DNA of 41,698 nt from Conidiobolus incongruus B7586 (Eukaryota): assembly GCA_000697335.1 (NCBI GenBank), contig JNEM01010425.1, forward strand, positions 1 through 41,698. The letters run 5' to 3'. Shown here one piece after another: positions 36,981 to 41,698 of this stretch. The position numbers and the translations under genes are program-made. Positions within the stretch are counted from its first letter, which is position 1. Each line of letters begins with the position of its first letter. The notes beneath the pieces are model-generated. The model saw only the letters and a list, made by a program, of their open reading frames with translations. It did no database searches and had not been told where the DNA came from.

Positions 36981-38171
36981 CTATTGATTTAAAATATCCG
37001 GTGTTAAAGTATTGAGTAATTTGGACATCTTTTGAACCTTAGTCTGCCAGTGAAGTAACTTACCCTTAGTCTTGATCAATTGGTTCATATCAAGGTAACG
37101 GGGTTGAATCCATTCGACTTTCACAACTTGATCAACTTCGTCAATTTGACCTCGAATTAATCCCAAACTCAAAGCTTTCATGACCAAATGCTCCACTTCG
37201 TTACCAGGAATACGGGTTTCCGCAGCGATGTCTGCGAAGGGTACCAAGCGATCGTCAATACGACGTTGGAAAATATGTTCGACAAGAGCCATCAAACAGA
37301 TCTTCTGTCTCAAAAAGGCGGAGTGGGATTGGAGTAGGGGTTGACGACTGAAGTGTGGGGTAGAAGCTTCGAATTTGGAAATATCACCAGCGTTAAAAGT
37401 GAAGATAAGTTGATAGAGCCAGTCAAACTCACCATCCTTGAGATGTTGAAGGATTGGGTGCATTAACAACTCACCAAAGTTATACAATTCTTCACCCAAT
37501 AAAGCTGCCAAAGCCAAGTCGTGGGCTCTGGACACTGCATCGGATTTGGACAATTGCTCGGAATTGACACAACTCAAATATAAGAAACAATTCTGGTAGT
37601 ATTTGGTGAATTCAGCCCTCGACTTGTGATAGTCAGCAGTAATTCGGTAGAAAGAAGCATAAATGGTAGGTTCCGCGTTAGGAAGTTGGTCCAAGTACTT
37701 ACGACACTTCTCAATCACTTCCTTCACAGTCTCAGTCTCCTGATTCAAAAGACGGAATTGAGCAGTTTCCATACTAGCCAAAATATAAGCTTCCCTAGTC
37801 TTGTCATCGTCCACCTTATTTGTAATTTGGTCCATAAATTTCACGGCTTCTCCAGCAGAGCTTAACTGTTGAGCTGTAGCTAACCCAATTTCCACATAAC
37901 GAATAGGGTTAATCTTACTAGAGAAAGGCTGAATAAAATTTTCAAAAAATCCCAAAAGATATGGAAAACTTTGGGGTAATTTGACAAATTCTTGATATGC
38001 TAAAGTTACTTGGTGCCAAAGTCTATAAATTTCATTAGTACTAATTTATGTTAAAATATTATAAATTTACTTTTGACTATATAAATTTTGAAATTGTTCA
38101 ACATAATTAACTAAACTTTGATCAATTTGAGTTTTTGTATTATTTAAAAATGTAATAACTGGATCTTCCAT
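36981..38171 (-). CDS. RPN9: 26S proteasome lid subunit Rpn9/PSMD13, 380 aa
   Basis: complement(join(36981..38022,38071..38171)) with a 48-nt intron GTAAAT...TACTAAT...TAG. Motifs KLWHQ, YNFGELLMHPIL, LRQKICLMAL, EVEHLVMKALSLGLIRGQIDEV and WIQPRYLD (PCI domain). Confidence 0.95.
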
Positions 38172-38230
38172 CTTTTATTATTATTATATTTAATTTTAAT
38201 GGATTATTCGTGTTAATATTGAGTACTATT

Positions 38231-38305
38231 GATTACGTATTAAATTATTAATTGAAATTTATTGGAGTTGATTTTGATTTATGGGATTCAGAGATTACGT
38301 ATTAA
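38231..38305. promoter_or_regulatory. Two identical 13-bp motifs GATTACGTATTAA in the RPN9/F-box divergent promoter
   Basis: Exact copies at 38231-38243 and 38293-38305, with an ACGT core. Confidence 0.45.
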
Positions 38306-38560
38306 TTTTGATAAATTTGACTAATTCATTGATTTAATTAATTGAAAAATAGTAATAAATTTTTCATATAATTTCAATTATAAATTATAAAGTTTTGAGT
38401 TTAAATTTTAATTGATTTAAATATATAATTTAATTAATATTAAAATATTATTATATATTCAATTATAAAAAATGACCCTTAATTCCAAGTATCTTCCCAT
38501 TAACTATAAATACTAAGCAATGTATCAAATACTAAAATTATTAAATTGAAAAATTTACAA

Positions 38561-39106
38561 ATGACACAATTCAATGAATTACACTACAAAGAACAGAGTG
38601 TAATACTCAACGAATCACTACAATACCTCAATCGCAAAGATCTCAAATCATGTCGATTGGTCAACTCCCAATTCCATCACTGTACAATTCCATACTACTA
38701 CAAGGAACTCAAGTTGGTTTACCCTGCCAAAACTCAAGAATTCTCCGACAAAACCCTAATTCGAAGGGTAGTTAATCAATTCTATCACCTGATCCAATCC
38801 TACTACAAACACCGACATTTGGTGGAATACCTAGAACTCAATATCTTCTGCAACGAATCCCTAATCCAAGCTATTATGACCAATTTTTCCAATTTGAAAG
38901 GGATTAAATTCACATATGTTGATTTTTATGAAATTGATACACGATATGTGTATTCTCAACTCTGGCATTTAGACGATTTGATCCTTGTGGGTTGTAGTGA
39001 TTTGGATGTGATCAATTGTTTTTATGATTTAAAAAATTTGAAACTTCCTATGAATCAAGAAAGTTTGAAAATGATCATTGAAAAAGAAAAGTTAAGAAAT
39101 GAGTGA
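38561..39106 (+). CDS. F-box-like protein with short LRR-like C-terminus (~181 aa, possibly truncated)
   Basis: First ATG at 38561, TATAAATA at ~38505. ILNESLQYLNRKDLKSCRLVNSQFHHCTIPYYYKEL fits an F-box pattern. FSNLKGIKF and LWHLDDLILVGC are LRR-like. Confidence 0.7.
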   Translation: MTQFNELHYKEQSVILNESLQYLNRKDLKSCRLVNSQFHHCTIPYYYKELKLVYPAKTQEFSDKTLIRRVVNQFYHLIQSYYKHRHLVEYLELNIFCNESLIQAIMTNFSNLKGIKFTYVDFYEIDTRYVYSQLWHLDDLILVGCSDLDVINCFYDLKNLKLPMNQESLKMIIEKEKLRNE

Positions 39107-41698
39107 TGTAATAATTGATAATTATATATATTTACTTTAATAAGAATAAATATTATGAAAATTATTAATTAAATTGATTCATTTAATAATTTTAAATTTG
39201 TTAAATTTTTTTAAAAATATAAACTATTTTGGAAATATTTCCAATTTCAAAGAAAAGAAAGAATAATGTTTATTAAGTAATATGATTATTAGGTTATAAG
39301 CTTAATTACCGTCAATAGTTTTATATTTTTTTAATTATTAAATATTGCTTTAATTGATGTATAATCTGAATAAAATGATATCAATACTATTTTCATTTGA
39401 TATAGAAATTTATACTTTTTGGGTATTGATCAATATATCAGATAAAGCAACAATAGTTATTCAATAATCATCTTTGTTTTTGAATTTGTTATAATATTTG
39501 AATTTTTGGGTTTCAAAATCAATAGAATTCAAATGGTTGAGATAGCCCATGCCACGATTTTAAGAGAATTTGAAATGTGATTATTAAAATGATTTAATTT
39601 TTTACAACTATTACATCCAATAAATTATATGAGTATTAAAATATTTTAAAAAAGACATCAATTAATATATTAAATAAAAATTAATATTTAATTAGGATTA
39701 TATTAGTAATTATGTAATGATGTTATTAATTTATTATATTTAGCCCATTCAATGGATAAGAGTTTACTAAATATCTATCAAAAAAGCATTGATACTACAA
39801 CTAAGGGTATTATATAACATGTAATATCATTGATCACATTTTGATTATATCATTTAAAATATTTAAATATCCAAATATTCAAATATACCTATTATTTATA
39901 TCTTTCAATTAAAAAAATTAATACCGTTGCTTTAAAATATTAATCAATATCCAATAAACTAAATAAAATAAATACACATCTTTATTAGTTAAAATTATAT
40001 TTTCAATGATTTCATTGCAATTTATTCCTTCTATAACTTGTTAGTTTTTAATAATTAAAAATATTAATTCAATAATACGAGTTCTATGTATACATTGATT
40101 ATTGTTTGATGCTATTAACACAATATTAATTCAATTCATTCAAAATATATGTGTTCCTTAGCTTGTAAAATTTGAGTGTATATTTGAAATTGGATTGATA
40201 TTAAATTTGTATATATTAATCCATTTTAAAATACATAAATATAATATAATATAATAAATAATCTACAAAAAAACTATGTACAATGATAAAACATTGCAAA
40301 CTATCATATTATATTATTTCCTAATTAACTAAAGTCTTTCAATATATATTTTTATATTTTTAAATTGAAGAATGGACTAAACTGTATTTTCTGCTTAATA
40401 AAGGATCATTAAATGATAAAATAATATATTCCTAAAATATATCATTATTTGGAATTTGATTTAATACTAACAATTAAATGAGTAATAATTGATACTATTA
40501 ATAAAATTCATTAATTTTAATTAAATACCATATACATCAATTTATTTAACATATATATATATATAATTTGTTGTATAATTATATTTAATCTTTTTTAAGC
40601 AATTATATTAAGATTAAAAATTTAAAATTTGATTTTAAATAAATTTAAAAATATAATTTAATAATTATAGTTTGATAAAATAAAAGGGTTTGAATGAATT
40701 TGTTAGTATTCTTAAATTATTTTATATACCAAAAATATTTAATTATAATGCTTTTTATGGTAATCATACAAAGATTATTTTGAACAAAGTGTGACTCTTT
40801 TGAGAATCTATCATATATATACATTTTCTAATTTGTAAATGATAATATTGTGTTATGTGTTGAAAATTGATATTAAAAACTTGTTTATTGGTTATTTTTA
40901 TATAATAGTTTTTATATCGCTTTAGTTAAAAAATATTTTGGATTGAAAATAACTAAAATCAATACAATTAAAATATTTGTTTTGATAAAGATTATCAATA
41001 TTCAAAATAATTTACCATATAAAAAATATCAACAATATTAAATATTATCATAATCATATTTAATATGCAGTAATTAATAAGAAATAATTATATTTTACTT
41101 CATTAAGGTTTTAATTTTAATAAAAAATTATTTTATTATTATCAAACTCACTATTTCAATTAAATATTCAAATTTAACAATTTAAATGGATAAAGATTTT
41201 ATCTTTTTTATAATAAGATCTGATTGGATAATTAATAAACGCGAAAAATTATTTTGAACTTTGGTTTTTGGGAGTTTGAAAAAGATGGAATTATACTCTT
41301 TACTAAATTTGGGAGGTAATCGATTCAATTAAGTACTTCGATTTTATATGATTATTTATAATTGATAATTAAAAAAAACTGAGTAAATTTAGTACATAGA
41401 TATTTGGATATATTGATACAATATTGTAGATTATCATATTATTCAATTAATATCAATCATTCTATTTTGATATTATATCATAGTTGACTGATTATTATTA
41501 TTTTTATATTTAATAATGTTTTCAAAGAATTAATATTATATAATTTATTTATAATTTTATTAATAATAATAATAATTTAATTAATGTAAAATTTTTTTTA
41601 ATTAAAAACTATAATAAAATGATTTATAAAAAAATTAAAGTAATTATTTTATTAAATAATCTATAGAATTATTTGATAATTATTTAATGTATATATAT

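Noticed and set aside
39110..41698. AT-rich right end as an organellar insert or hidden gene
   Set aside because: No ORF, RNA gene or repeat boundary that I can support.

Overview
Eukaryotic, extremely AT-rich genomic DNA with GC-richer exons and very short (46-68 nt) GT-AG introns. It most resembles an early-diverging fungus; an Entomophthoromycotina/Conidiobolus-like source is my inference only. The left ~17 kb is gene-poor and full of transposon relics. It holds two paralogous secreted-peptide precursor genes (shared leader, unrelated C-termini, conserved promoter motifs) and a third small secreted K/E-rich protein. The right part holds a ~2025-aa spectraplakin-like protein (CH-CH, spectrin-like rod, GAS2/GAR domain, Ser/Arg tail), a divergent APC1, a decaying Cys/Pro/Gly-repeat secreted-protein gene, NUP49/NUP58 head-to-head with an ALYREF/Yra1-like gene, RPN9 and an F-box-like gene. 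Four copies of a ~1.3-kb DD34D mariner family are present, all heavily eroded by C>T/G>A changes. Two of them form a triple-nested stack (mariner > mariner > solo LTR) between the spectraplakin-like gene and APC1. No rRNA, tRNA or CRISPR array was seen. All splice models and family calls were made by eye, without database searches.
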